Shown here: in pieces, positions 18,966-28,480 of the stretch
Position numbering within the stretch: the stretch's first letter is position 1
How the letters are laid out: each line of letters begins with the position of its first letter
Origin: Klebsiella phage fENko-Kae01
Reading direction: 5' to 3' (one strand)
Sequence record: OR228459.1
Length of the DNA stretch: 64,000 nucleotides
Position numbers and translations under genes: made by a program
Notes under the pieces: model-generated
What the model was told of the DNA's origin: nothing
Database searches by the model: none
Seen by the model: only the letters and a program-made list of their open reading frames with translations

Positions 18966-19156
18966 GTATGAAAAAGATTCAAAGTACTGAAAAGTACACG
19001 CTAAATTGCAATGAGCTTGATGAATTACTTCGTGAAAAACACTTTACAGACCTAGCACCAAATGCTAAAATAACCATCGAACCGGAATATGATTCGTATT
19101 ATGATGCTAATGTTTTCCGTGGCCTTAAAATCACAGTAGTAACCGAAGGAGAGTAA
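18962..19156 (+). CDS. hypothetical protein
   Basis: ORF 64 aa. Confidence 0.4.
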   Translation: MSMKKIQSTEKYTLNCNELDELLREKHFTDLAPNAKITIEPEYDSYYDANVFRGLKITVVTEGE

Positions 19157-19158
19157 TA

Positions 19159-19410
19159 GTGGCTAACGTTGTTCGTGCTCGTAAAATGATAAGTGGTGAT
19201 GATCTTCGTATTCTTAACAATTATCGTGCCATCTTCCAGAAACTTTGTGCTGGTGTTCATATGACAATTGTTACTGATACGGCACAAGAACCTGAAGCAG
19301 TGTTTGGTAACTATGCTAAAGTGTTCAATATGTATATCAAGCGTGGACAACTTGACCTTATTACAATTGCTGAAGCACCAGACGATTTAGAAAACTTTTT
19401 CTTCCTGTGA
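19159..19410 (+). CDS. hypothetical protein (GTG start)
   Basis: RBS ggagagtaa. Confidence 0.4.
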   Translation: MANVVRARKMISGDDLRILNNYRAIFQKLCAGVHMTIVTDTAQEPEAVFGNYAKVFNMYIKRGQLDLITIAEAPDDLENFFFL

Positions 19411-19472
19411 GGATATTATGAAAGAACCGTTAGACCGTGATGACGATTTCCTTGATGAACGTTATGGAGAAG

Positions 19473-19964
19473 ATGATGAGTAAATTACTAACCTTACCGG
19501 AAGTTCTGAAAGAATTTAATAATTACTTAGATTCTAACCCATCATTTGAAAAACATTCAAATGGTAACATTTCTGCTTTTTTGAAAAATAGTTCCATTTT
19601 TAAAGGATATGATGATATAGTTGAAGTGTTTGGGTGTGACAGATATATGCGTATTAAATTACGTAATCCAGAAATTCTAGTAGAATATCAATTAGATATG
19701 ATGCCTTGGAGTAATGGATTTAATTTTAAATGTTGGCACGATGGTTCTGATAGTGAATGTCCGTGGACACCAAAAACCAATCCAAATCGTTCGTCCTTCT
19801 ATATTGAAACGGAAGAAGAATACTTTCAATTGAGTACCTTAAAAAATCTCAAAGATTTAACATTGGAAACTATTACTTCAGTTAAAAAGTTACAAGATCG
19901 GTTATTTGAATATTACAACATTGTACCTGATACCACAATTTATGGAGACAGTAATGGAAAATAA
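19473..19964 (+). CDS. FQxS-motif paralog family member
   Basis: TEEEYFQLSTLKNL; RBS ggagaag. Confidence 0.5.
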   Translation: MMSKLLTLPEVLKEFNNYLDSNPSFEKHSNGNISAFLKNSSIFKGYDDIVEVFGCDRYMRIKLRNPEILVEYQLDMMPWSNGFNFKCWHDGSDSECPWTPKTNPNRSSFYIETEEEYFQLSTLKNLKDLTLETITSVKKLQDRLFEYYNIVPDTTIYGDSNGK

Positions 19965-20337
19965 ACCGGAGTGGTTAAAAAAGGCACTGGAATATATTGA
20001 TAGTTTAAGTCCAGAAGAACTTTATGAAAGTGTATATGGATTTAAAAAAGATGACTTTGAACAGTACTGTACGGATAAAACCTATGAGTTTGAAGCACAG
20101 TATGTGATAGATGCCATGAATAAACTTGGTGTTAAAGAAATTAATATTTATAATGGTGATATTCAGCCACCAAGTAACATGTTTTTCCATTACCTACGTG
20201 AGTTTGCTGAAAGTGGAACTGATTTGGAGTTCTGGAATGGTTGGGGTGCTGATACGCTAGATGTTCCCGGCTTCAACCTACGTTACCTTTGGGTCAATGG
20301 ACAAGGTACAGAGCATTTCTTTCAGATAATTGAATAG
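19954..20337 (+). CDS. hypothetical protein
   Basis: RBS ggagacag. Confidence 0.5.
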   Translation: MENKPEWLKKALEYIDSLSPEELYESVYGFKKDDFEQYCTDKTYEFEAQYVIDAMNKLGVKEINIYNGDIQPPSNMFFHYLREFAESGTDLEFWNGWGADTLDVPGFNLRYLWVNGQGTEHFFQIIE

Positions 20338-20345
20338 GGGTTGAT

Positions 20346-20705
20346 ATGGAACTACACGATGAACATGTTATCGCTTATAGTATTGAAAAATTAAAACAAA
20401 TGTTTGGTGGTAAAACCCCATATGAACACAAACAGGATTCACTCTTTCGTCAATCTAAAGCGGAGAAAGAATTTTGGGATACCGAACCGACTGTAGGTGA
20501 ACGTGTTCATTTCCGTAGTAAGAGTGTAGTGAATGATAGTGTATTTGAAGGGTATGGGGAAGTACTAAGTATTATTGTAAAAGACTATTTCACTCATTAT
20601 GCACTTTATAGAATTAAAGCAGATCATGGTATGAATTATGAAGCGTACTTAAATGATCCAAATGACGTAGAACCAAAGGAGTTTATTAAACATGCCGAAA
20701 AATAA
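20346..20705 (+). CDS. hypothetical protein
   Basis: ORF 119 aa. Confidence 0.5.
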   Translation: MELHDEHVIAYSIEKLKQMFGGKTPYEHKQDSLFRQSKAEKEFWDTEPTVGERVHFRSKSVVNDSVFEGYGEVLSIIVKDYFTHYALYRIKADHGMNYEAYLNDPNDVEPKEFIKHAEK

Positions 20706-20901
20706 TGTATATTTTGTAGGGTACAACACTCTTAATAAAGAAGTGTTTAAAGAAACCATGAATACATATCGTGCAGATACCGAAGATGCCATGCAAAAAG
20801 AATTTGGTTCAGATTGGAAAGAAGTACGTCCGTATCTAATTATTACAAAATGCAAGGTGGTAGTTGATGAGCAAAGTGAAGATAAAGGGAACAGTAACTG
20901 A
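20692..20901 (+). CDS. hypothetical protein
   Basis: ORF 69 aa. Confidence 0.4.
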   Translation: MPKNNVYFVGYNTLNKEVFKETMNTYRADTEDAMQKEFGSDWKEVRPYLIITKCKVVVDEQSEDKGNSN

Positions 20902-21199
20902 AGTTAAACCAGTAGAAATTGATATTTATATTGGAGAATTAGTTAAATCTGCTATTCCTCATATGACAATTGAAGATGTAGAAAAAGTATTACGCATCTT
21001 AGTTGAACAAAAATTTCGTGAAAATGATCCTACGATCCCAAAAGATGCAGAAATGAATCTTTATTTTAAATTGTGGGAAAAATATAGCTTCACCGATTAT
21101 CATAAGAATGAAGATGTATATTCCACTGTTCGTAAATTTAACGAAGAAGAATTGCAGTACTTGATTGCTATTGAAGCTGTAATGTCTGTATTCAAATAA
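20864..21199 (+). CDS. hypothetical protein
   Basis: ORF 111 aa. Confidence 0.45.
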   Translation: MMSKVKIKGTVTEVKPVEIDIYIGELVKSAIPHMTIEDVEKVLRILVEQKFRENDPTIPKDAEMNLYFKLWEKYSFTDYHKNEDVYSTVRKFNEEELQYLIAIEAVMSVFK

Positions 21200-21221
21200 T
21201 GCCGCTATGCGGCATTTTTCT
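21198..21221 (+). terminator. intrinsic terminator
   Basis: aatgccgc-tat-gcggcatt plus T-run. Confidence 0.6.
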
Positions 21222-21251
21222 TGGGACAAAATCAGGTTCATGTGATATAAT
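21221..21251 (+). promoter_or_regulatory. conserved phage promoter TTGGGACAAA-N13-TGTGATATAAT
   Basis: copy 4. Confidence 0.6.
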
Positions 21252-21260
21252 ATAATTATC

Positions 21261-21346
21261 GGGGCGTATCTCAACGAGCTTCTAACTCGTCTTTAATCGA
21301 GTAACTGGAGTATGCGGGTTCGAGTCCTGCCGCCATCGCCCAGCCA
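21261..21346 (+). tRNA. atypical tRNA-like element (canonical T-arm, anticodon-like hairpin cgag-CTTCTAA-ctcg, poor acceptor/D pairing)
   Basis: gcgggttcgagtcctgc T-arm; no clean cloverleaf by eye; possible pseudo-tRNA or unusual tRNA. Confidence 0.4.
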
Positions 21347-21354
21347 AACCGGTA

Positions 21355-21605
21355 CTGAAGCCATGCAAATAAAACGTGAACAAACGAATTTTGATGATGA
21401 TAAGTTTAAGCTCGTGAAAATATCATTATCTCATGATAATGATGTACTTGACAGGCGTGGTATGTGTGCTACAATGTACCCACTTTACGAGAAGTGTATT
21501 ACATTAAAACTAAACTCAGCAGGTCTAGGATTTACACTTAATGTTGATGAAGCCAATGACTTATTGACATTATTAACTACTGCCCTTAACGAATTCAAGG
21601 AGTAA
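21355..21605 (+). CDS. hypothetical protein
   Basis: ATG just after tRNA-like element. Confidence 0.45.
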
Positions 21606-21608
21606 CCT

Positions 21609-21770
21609 ATGTTTAAACGTGTCCTAAAATCTTTTATCACCCCATTCGAAGAAGCACTGAAAGCATGGGATGTTCGTACTGAACAGTCCATCAAAGCTGG
21701 TGGTACTACTCCGGTATATGATCGTTATGACCCTGCTCACGGTCTTCATTCGGAGTCTAACCGTGACTAA
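21609..21770 (+). CDS. small hypothetical protein (53 aa)
   Basis: strong RBS aaggagtaacctATG; not in ORF track because under 60 aa. Confidence 0.45.
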   Translation: MFKRVLKSFITPFEEALKAWDVRTEQSIKAGGTTPVYDRYDPAHGLHSESNRD

Positions 21771-21960
21771 GGCTGAACTTATTGCACAACTAGAAGACTA
21801 TCCCGATGATGCAATAATGGAAGTGGTTCAATGTGGGGAACACTATGACATTACGTGCGTTGTACCATATGATGATCATGGTGTTCCAATTCTTGAATTG
21901 GGTATCTATAAACCCAAAACAGTACCGGAATCAACAAAGAGGACAAATAATGTCAATTAA
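21763..21960 (+). CDS. small hypothetical protein (GTG start)
   Basis: RBS ggagtct; replaces track ORF 21670-21960. Confidence 0.35.
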   Translation: MTKAELIAQLEDYPDDAIMEVVQCGEHYDITCVVPYDDHGVPILELGIYKPKTVPESTKRTNNVN

Positions 21961-22090
21961 GATTGATCCAGAAACTGATAAAGCAGTAGACCCGCAAAGC
22001 ATTGGGAAGGATATGTCTAAACGTGCTATTCTTGCAGTAATTGCGGTATGTGTTTTTGTGGCTGTTTGGAAATTTATGAAATATATGTAA
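21949..22090 (+). CDS. small membrane protein
   Basis: RBS aagagga; C-terminal TM. Confidence 0.4.
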
Positions 22091-22094
22091 TTAT

Positions 22095-22126
22095 GCTTGA
22101 CAAGCATCCCTATTTCTAGTATTATA
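22095..22126 (+). promoter_or_regulatory. sigma70-like promoter
   Basis: ttgacaagcatccctatttctagtattat. Confidence 0.45.
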
Positions 22127-22154
22127 CTCACATACACAAAAATGAGGTAATCAT

Positions 22155-22367
22155 ATGAAAGCTCAGATTCTATTTTCCATCGATGATGTTACTGGACAAA
22201 ACAATAACGTTAATAAAAATATAATCAATCATTTTTACAAAAATGCTGCTGGTATCGAAATGCGTACAAAAGTTGTAGTAAAGGACAATGTTATTAAACG
22301 TCTTCGTCCACGTGGAAAAGCATATTTCAATATGTGGATTACTCAGGTTGACAAACACGGTCTTTAA
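22155..22367 (+). CDS. hypothetical protein
   Basis: RBS gaggtaa. Confidence 0.45.
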   Translation: MKAQILFSIDDVTGQNNNVNKNIINHFYKNAAGIEMRTKVVVKDNVIKRLRPRGKAYFNMWITQVDKHGL

Positions 22368-22415
22368 TGGTATTATACTCTCATCTTGTGATGAGAGTTT
22401 TTAAGAGGAAATATA

Positions 22416-22598
22416 ATGAAACGTTACACTCCATTCTTGGAACTTTGTGATTATACTGGTGAACCTGATGCTAGTATGAAAGTACATCCTTTTGGGGATT
22501 GGGTGCGTTATGAGGGTCATCAACAGACAGTACTAGATCTTCAAAAAGCACAAGAACGTATCAAAGAATTGGAAGCTAAATTACAGGAGCATAAATAA
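22416..22598 (+). CDS. hypothetical protein
   Basis: RBS aagagga. Confidence 0.45.
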   Translation: MKRYTPFLELCDYTGEPDASMKVHPFGDWVRYEGHQQTVLDLQKAQERIKELEAKLQEHK

Positions 22599-22753
22599 TG
22601 GGTCTGGTATATTTCAGAGTACAATATTCGGTTGACGGCGAAATGCGTGATGAACGTATTGCTGGTATGAATAAATATGATGTAGCTGCAAATCTAGGTT
22701 CTAAGTACTACAAAGGTAACGAACTGGTAATTTTCAATATCCAGCTAGCATAA
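22598..22753 (+). CDS. small hypothetical protein (51 aa)
   Basis: ATG overlapping upstream TAA. Confidence 0.35.
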   Translation: MGLVYFRVQYSVDGEMRDERIAGMNKYDVAANLGSKYYKGNELVIFNIQLA

Positions 22754-22763
22754 ATAACAAATA

Positions 22764-22839
22764 GGGCCAGTAGCTCACGTGCGGTTAGAGCAGACCCCTC
22801 ATAAGGGTAAGGTACGGTGTTCGACTCACCGCTGGCTCA
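22764..22839 (+). tRNA. tRNA-Met/Ile2 (anticodon CAT)
   Basis: acceptor gggccag/ctggctc, anticodon loop ctcataa, T-loop ttcgact. Confidence 0.75.
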
Positions 22840-22874
22840 CTACATAACATTATATACAATTTGAAGAATCAATA

Positions 22875-22898
22875 AGGAAAGCAATTGCTTTCCTTTTC
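22875..22898 (+). terminator. intrinsic terminator (ggaaagcaattgctttcc family)
   Basis: hairpin plus ttttcttt; related copies at 38949 and 41208. Confidence 0.6.
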
Positions 22899-22919
22899 TT
22901 TTAACTATGGAAAACTACA

Positions 22920-23321
22920 ATGCGAAAGAATGCACTAATCAAAATGCTACAAGAGATTGAAGGTAATCCAGAGATCGTTATCTGGAATGGTTATGTAGAT
23001 GATTACATGAACATCGATAAAGAAACCTTCAAAATCACTTTAGTGAAAGAAACGGAAGAATTTATATTCAATGCTCTCAAGTATGAATGGTGTCAAATGA
23101 ATAATACATTTGATGTACCAGAAGAACAGTTAGCGAAGATTGCTGAACGTGCTAAAGAAGTACACAAAAAACGGGAGTATGATTTCGCCAATCCACATGT
23201 AACACCTGAAGAGTACGAACAATGGTACGGTAAAAAGACCTTGACAAAATATGTTATTTCCCCTAAACTACGTGGTAAAACATCATTAGGTGTATTCAAC
23301 GCCGCTGACTTAGAATACTAA
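22920..23321 (+). CDS. hypothetical protein
   Basis: ORF 133 aa. Confidence 0.5.
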   Translation: MRKNALIKMLQEIEGNPEIVIWNGYVDDYMNIDKETFKITLVKETEEFIFNALKYEWCQMNNTFDVPEEQLAKIAERAKEVHKKREYDFANPHVTPEEYEQWYGKKTLTKYVISPKLRGKTSLGVFNAADLEY

Positions 23322-23330
23322 GAGGTTAGA

Positions 23331-23738
23331 ATGAACGAACTGATTGACAATTGGATGAAAAATGTTAAAACTTACCCGCCTTCTGAAATTTTCTATGCTA
23401 AGTATGGCAAAGAAGCAAAGGCTGAAACACGCATTCAGAACATCTGTGAAGACCTTTATCGTTTTTGCTATCCAGAGGGTGAAGTTAACGTTTTATCTGA
23501 ACTAGGAGCTTCCTATCGCGAATTTGAGGTGCTATGCATCATGGGTTTGTCTGAGATTAAGCCTGAACGTGTATTAGAAGTAAGTACTAAATTCTTGAAT
23601 TGTGCAAAAGTTGCCTGTACTGCATTAGAAAAAATGCACAAGAAAGATCAACTACTAAACGAGTACTACAAGTCTTGGAAGGTTAAGTATCAAGATATTA
23701 GTACTGAAGTTTATAAACTAACTAAGGAGTTCCGCTAA
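23331..23738 (+). CDS. hypothetical protein
   Basis: RBS aagaggtt. Confidence 0.5.
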   Translation: MNELIDNWMKNVKTYPPSEIFYAKYGKEAKAETRIQNICEDLYRFCYPEGEVNVLSELGASYREFEVLCIMGLSEIKPERVLEVSTKFLNCAKVACTALEKMHKKDQLLNEYYKSWKVKYQDISTEVYKLTKEFR

Positions 23739-24283
23739 TGCCTGAACTATTCCGTCCGGGAGCACATATTCCAAAAGGTTATACTGTTTGTATTACATCA
23801 TGGGAAAATGATGGTGATGATTACGACAATAACTTTATTCGTGGTATTCAAACAAAAGAAGAAGTAAATCAATTGCTTCATATCATGACTTGGTTTAGTC
23901 ATCGTGAAGAAGATATGGGTAATGAAGATATTCAACATGAAGAAATCCTAGAACGCTTGCATCAAGGTCACATTGATGGTATCTTTACACCAGAATTTGT
24001 TAATAAACACTTTGATCTAGAACTTCCCGCAGTTGATTGTACTGATGAAGAATTCGATGATTGGTTAGATTCCGTTGTGTCGAATAACGGATACAATGAT
24101 GTTGAAGATTTTATTCATCAAACACTTGGTTATCCAGTACAATACGATTCTGACTTTGCACGTATGGTAGAACGTGTTCATGTTTATTTCTTTGAAGAAG
24201 ATTTGCATATTCCTGATGCACCAAAACCTATTACCACATTTGATGGTGCATATCGTGCTGATAAAGTAGACTGGAAAATGTAA
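23738..24283 (+). CDS. hypothetical acidic protein
   Basis: ATG overlaps TAA. Confidence 0.5.
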   Translation: MPELFRPGAHIPKGYTVCITSWENDGDDYDNNFIRGIQTKEEVNQLLHIMTWFSHREEDMGNEDIQHEEILERLHQGHIDGIFTPEFVNKHFDLELPAVDCTDEEFDDWLDSVVSNNGYNDVEDFIHQTLGYPVQYDSDFARMVERVHVYFFEEDLHIPDAPKPITTFDGAYRADKVDWKM

Positions 24284-24298
24284 TATAGGAGAGCACTC

Positions 24299-24994
24299 AT
24301 GATAAAATATATTAAAGAAAATTTGTATATTCCCGTGGGTGCTCTTTTAGTACTAATGTTATTAACTATAATAATTAATGGGATTTATGCTGGATATGTT
24401 CAGTATAGTGAAAATGAGGATACTACTATGTATGGCTTAATGTATGTTGGTTCTGATGGAGAACGACTATATGTAACTAATACCGGGCGTGGAACAACGT
24501 CTGAGGATATTAGCAACATTGCTGAATTAGCACAGCATAAAACGGCGGTAACTGCTGCTAAAGCATTACTAAAGAATGGTTGGCTTGATGACGATGATGG
24601 TGAACTTTATGTTGTTGAAATTGCTAAAGTGGCAGTGAATATTGAGAAGATGGATAAACCTAAAAAGAAAGAAGGTTTCTTTATTTGCTATGATGTTTAC
24701 GATAACAATGGGAAGTTAGTAACTGAATACTATCGTGGCCCACAAAACCGAGAATATTATTCTAGTAATGAGTTTACTGATTCAATTACCCCAAGTACTG
24801 CTTTCAAAACTGAAAAGAAAGCATTAGCTGCATGGGAACGTATTTTTAAATCCATGAGAGAATCAGAAGGTTATTACAACGATAATATGAAACGTTGGGG
24901 TCGTCCATACAGCAATAACTACAAAGATTACACCGAACGTAATGATCACATAGAAAGAACAGCTAGGATTTTAAACTATGCGTCGTGTAATTAA
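24299..24994 (+). CDS. membrane-anchored hypothetical protein
   Basis: RBS aggagag; N-terminal TM. Confidence 0.5.
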   Translation: MIKYIKENLYIPVGALLVLMLLTIIINGIYAGYVQYSENEDTTMYGLMYVGSDGERLYVTNTGRGTTSEDISNIAELAQHKTAVTAAKALLKNGWLDDDDGELYVVEIAKVAVNIEKMDKPKKKEGFFICYDVYDNNGKLVTEYYRGPQNREYYSSNEFTDSITPSTAFKTEKKALAAWERIFKSMRESEGYYNDNMKRWGRPYSNNYKDYTERNDHIERTARILNYASCN

Positions 24995-25193
24995 TTTCTT
25001 GACATTCTGTACTGTATCAATTATAATGATTGCATTAACATTGATAGTTGGTTTTATTCCACTAGCACTATCTTCCTTCTTCGGGTATTCTGAAATAGAG
25101 ATGGTTGCTAGATTGCTGGGATGTGTTTTAGTAATCCCAATGCTCCGATTAACATTTAAAGCAATCGACTATACATTTGATAAAACTCATTAG
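24978..25193 (+). CDS. small membrane protein
   Basis: two TM helices. Confidence 0.45.
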   Translation: MRRVINFLTFCTVSIIMIALTLIVGFIPLALSSFFGYSEIEMVARLLGCVLVIPMLRLTFKAIDYTFDKTH

Positions 25194-25201
25194 GAGAACG
25201 T

Positions 25202-25645
25202 ATGCAAAAGGGTGTGTCTATTTTTTACGAATTTCACGATCAAGGCTGTCCACATGTGATAGCTGGTATCTATTCCCCGTACATGAAAACAGAAGAAGAA
25301 ATGCGTACTCAATTGTTGAGTCTCATTGGTCATGACTCTTTTCATGAACGTGATGAACCAATCTTCGTTAATCATACTCATGTATATGCTAAATCTCTAT
25401 TGGGTGAAGAAATGGATAAGGAACTAACTAACTTATTCAATAAGTTCTTCCCACAAGCACTAAATCCTAACGAACTACCAGTATCCCCAATGAAATTCTA
25501 TCATACTGAAGTGGGTGCATATGAGTTCATTTGGAATAATCGTTACAGTACTGAACTACATGAGCACCGTGTTGAATTACAAAGAAAAGCAGCGGAAGAA
25601 TATCGCCGGAAACGGGCAGAACGTAAACGCCAAGAAGGTGAATAA
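25202..25645 (+). CDS. hypothetical protein
   Basis: RBS aggagaa. Confidence 0.5.
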   Translation: MQKGVSIFYEFHDQGCPHVIAGIYSPYMKTEEEMRTQLLSLIGHDSFHERDEPIFVNHTHVYAKSLLGEEMDKELTNLFNKFFPQALNPNELPVSPMKFYHTEVGAYEFIWNNRYSTELHEHRVELQRKAAEEYRRKRAERKRQEGE

Positions 25646-26463
25646 TGTTAGAAGAACATATTATCAAACGAATACAAATCAGTATCAATAATTCTGAACG
25701 TGAAGTACAACGCATGATTAATCATGCGTTGGAACGGTCTAAGTACATTTTAGTATTTCCGGTATCTTCGAATGAAGAGGAAGATGATCCGGTATACGAT
25801 AGTGTCTATGTGAGTTTCGATATTGATAATGAGAAAGTACCTAAATTTGTTCCTAAACATAGACCAAATGATATTTGGCATTATGAACTAAACGATAATT
25901 GTACTTTTGATATGGATTGGTGTGATATTGCTGTACACATGCAAGGTTCAGTATGGATTGAAAGTTCTCGTATTAAAAAACCAGAACTGGAACATGTTCC
26001 ATTCACAGTACTTGATGATATACCAGTACTCAAACGTGGAGATAATTCCCTATTTGCATCAACTATTATGACATACTTACGGATGTATGATAATGAATCT
26101 TATGAGATGGAAGAAACTATTTGTAATTATCTAGATTCACTACCTCCAGAAGATATGAGTATTGATAATGTGTACATTGATGTCACTGATGATGATATTC
26201 CATATGGTCGCATTAGCAGTGTAATTCGTGTAAATGGAGAAACAATAGGGTATATGTCTCAGAGAGGTCGTGAATTACTTGATGTAAGAATTTATGCTTA
26301 CGACAACAAAAAATGCGTAAAATTCATTGAAGATGTTATTGACAAACTCAAGTTACGTGATAAAATGATATTCGATTCAATCAATGATATTGATCCGAAT
26401 TCTGATGCTGATGAATTTTTACCAGTACCGGGATATACTACAAAAAGACATGAAGGTAATTGA
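25645..26463 (+). CDS. hypothetical protein (272 aa)
   Basis: ATG overlaps TAA. Confidence 0.55.
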   Translation: MLEEHIIKRIQISINNSEREVQRMINHALERSKYILVFPVSSNEEEDDPVYDSVYVSFDIDNEKVPKFVPKHRPNDIWHYELNDNCTFDMDWCDIAVHMQGSVWIESSRIKKPELEHVPFTVLDDIPVLKRGDNSLFASTIMTYLRMYDNESYEMEETICNYLDSLPPEDMSIDNVYIDVTDDDIPYGRISSVIRVNGETIGYMSQRGRELLDVRIYAYDNKKCVKFIEDVIDKLKLRDKMIFDSINDIDPNSDADEFLPVPGYTTKRHEGN

Positions 26464-26464
26464 C

Positions 26465-26725
26465 ATGAGTAAAATTATTGTGTTACAATGTTTTTCAGAT
26501 AGCGGATTCAGTACTGATCATATTTTTGAGGGAAATGAATTTTCACGCGATCCAGCAGATATGATTCAGTTAATAAGTGAGCAATTTACTTGTACAGAAA
26601 GTAATGGACACCTCCATGTTCTTCATGATACAATAAATTGGTCACCAAAAGTATCTGAAGATGTTATTCATGTACTCCGTAAAAACGGGTATGTACTTCT
26701 TAATCCTAAGAGGGTCATAGTATGA
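26465..26725 (+). CDS. hypothetical protein
   Basis: ATG 26465 after upstream stop. Confidence 0.45.
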   Translation: MSKIIVLQCFSDSGFSTDHIFEGNEFSRDPADMIQLISEQFTCTESNGHLHVLHDTINWSPKVSEDVIHVLRKNGYVLLNPKRVIV

Positions 26726-26952
26726 AACTATATTCCATTAATGGGAATGTATATGCTAGTACTGATGAACATTTAACGGATTATAAAATAATTCAACACA
26801 TGATGAACCGTACAGGTTCATCAGTTAGTACATCACATGAGAGTGTTGAAATTTTAAGTCCATATGTTAGTTTGTATGATGTAGAAAAAGCATTGAAGGA
26901 ACTTGGTTTAGAACAAGTTTCTATCATCACTATCAACAAGAAAGGGGTTTAA
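26722..26952 (+). CDS. hypothetical protein
   Basis: ORF 76 aa. Confidence 0.45.
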   Translation: MKLYSINGNVYASTDEHLTDYKIIQHMMNRTGSSVSTSHESVEILSPYVSLYDVEKALKELGLEQVSIITINKKGV

Positions 26953-26953
26953 T

Positions 26954-27118
26954 ATGATTCAGGCAATTCTAGTAATCGCGGTTCTTGGTATTCTTGCAGC
27001 CATCGGACAAATTGGTTTTGCGATTTGGATGGGTATGGCAGTCGCAGTTGTTCTTGTAATTAAGCGTGGTGTGGCTTCGTATGAAGCATCAAAATCACAA
27101 GAAGAAATCGTAGAATAA
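26954..27118 (+). CDS. small membrane protein (54 aa)
   Basis: RBS aaagggg; hydrophobic. Confidence 0.4.
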   Translation: MIQAILVIAVLGILAAIGQIGFAIWMGMAVAVVLVIKRGVASYEASKSQEEIVE

Positions 27119-27129
27119 ATTTAAAATGG

Positions 27130-27182
27130 CGATCTGGTTGACAACCGATCTGGTTGACAACATTATAACAATCCCATATAAT
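27130..27182 (+). promoter_or_regulatory. tandem 16-bp direct repeat cgatctggttgacaac x2 overlapping a TTGACA-N17-TATAAT promoter
   Basis: two perfect tandem copies, each with its own TTGACA. Confidence 0.5.
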
Positions 27183-27218
27183 AAACGTCTGGTTAATTAT
27201 AAAAGGTATATTTAAATA

Positions 27219-28436
27219 ATGAAAAAAGCTATTCTGGGAATTACAATTGGTATCGTACTATCATCCACTAATGTTTATGCAAATGACAATAATAACACAT
27301 ATAATTATGGGGATTTAACAGGTTCAGCAGTTTTCAACAATAAAAATAATACTGAAATTAATGTGAATGGAAATGTATCTGGTTCTGTTGCAATTTACGG
27401 CGATAAAGTAACTGTCATTGAGCGTGGAGAGAAAGGCGAAACCGGGGCTAATGGTAAAGACGGTAAAGATGGTCTTAATGGCAAAGATGGTAAAGACGGT
27501 AAAGATGCAGACATGACGATCGTCAATAATAAAGTTGATAAAAGTGATTACGATGTAGATCAAAAACGCCATGAAGAAAATTTAAATACATTAAAAGACG
27601 GAATTGAAACATGGAATAATTGGGCTTCTCATGATTCTAAAGAACAATGGGATTCTATTATTGATTTAGAAGATAATAAAGCTAATAAAAAAGATCTTGA
27701 GTCAGAAACACAAACACGTGTAAATGAAAATAAAAAATTACATGAAAAGATTGATAATTCTATTGAAAATCAATCATCGCGGGACAATGAACAAGATATT
27801 CTAATTAGTAATAAAGTGGATAAATCAACTTTTGAAAATGAATCAACACTCATGAAGGATGTAATTGACACTAAAGTAGATAAAACATCGTTTGAAGATG
27901 AAATCATCATTATCAAAAAGAGAAATAGCGAAAGTCAAAATAACATTGATAAAAATAAAAATGAACAAGATTTCATTAATAAAAATCAAAATGTAAGTAT
28001 TAAAAATAATACAAATGCAATTGAGGTTGAACGTGAAGAACGCAAGCAATCTATTTCTTCTGTAAATACAAAATTGAATAATCATGAATCACGTATTGAA
28101 TCAAATACTCAAAGAATCAATACAGTGGAAAAAAGAACCAATGAATTTATGCATTCAACAAATAAACGGTTTTCTGAAATGAATAAAAAAATCGACGAAA
28201 ATCGTAAAATTTCCAGTGCTGGTATCGCTAGTTCCGGTGCAATGGCAAACATTCCACAATTATCTAAATATGGTGATTTTTCAATTGGGGCAGGTGTTGG
28301 TGGATATGATGGTCAAGAAGCAATTGCAGTAGGTTTTAGTGCACGGATTTCTGAAAATGTATCAACTAAAGCATCCGTAAGTACTAATACTCAATCTGAA
28401 GTATTGTGGGGTGCTGGTGTAGGAATTGAATGGTAA
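27219..28436 (+). CDS. trimeric-autotransporter-adhesin-like protein: signal peptide, collagen-like G-x-D-G-K repeats, coiled-coil stalk, YadA-like C-terminal anchor
   Basis: MKKAILGITIGIVLSSTNVYA signal; GKDGKDGLNGKDGKDGKD; C-terminus SSAGIASSGAMANIPQ...GAGVGIEW. Confidence 0.75.
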   Translation: MKKAILGITIGIVLSSTNVYANDNNNTYNYGDLTGSAVFNNKNNTEINVNGNVSGSVAIYGDKVTVIERGEKGETGANGKDGKDGLNGKDGKDGKDADMTIVNNKVDKSDYDVDQKRHEENLNTLKDGIETWNNWASHDSKEQWDSIIDLEDNKANKKDLESETQTRVNENKKLHEKIDNSIENQSSRDNEQDILISNKVDKSTFENESTLMKDVIDTKVDKTSFEDEIIIIKKRNSESQNNIDKNKNEQDFINKNQNVSIKNNTNAIEVEREERKQSISSVNTKLNNHESRIESNTQRINTVEKRTNEFMHSTNKRFSEMNKKIDENRKISSAGIASSGAMANIPQLSKYGDFSIGAGVGGYDGQEAIAVGFSARISENVSTKASVSTNTQSEVLWGAGVGIEW

Positions 28437-28446
28437 TATAATAAAT

Positions 28447-28465
28447 GGGGGTTGACATTGCCCCC
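28447..28465 (+). terminator. GC hairpin gggggttgacattgccccc (terminator-like, embeds TTGACA)
   Basis: perfect 5-bp G/C stem; no strong T-run. Confidence 0.35.
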
Positions 28466-28480
28466 AAAATTAAGTAAAAT

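Noticed and set aside
19417-19482. 21-codon ORF MKEPLDRDDDFLDERYGEDDE upstream of and overlapping 19473-19964
   Set aside because: Too short to support. It may be a leader peptide or chance ORF. Not annotated.
21312-21605. Track ORF start at 21312 (MRVRVLPPSPSQ...)
   Set aside because: The first ~40 nt overlap the tRNA-like T-arm and 3' end. The translation of that part is an artefact, so the ATG at 21355 is used instead.
27130-27161. Tandem 16-bp direct repeat as a mobile-element terminal repeat or att site
   Set aside because: Only two adjacent copies, no flanking inverted repeats, and no integrase or transposase anywhere in the window. The position and TTGACA content fit promoter duplication better.
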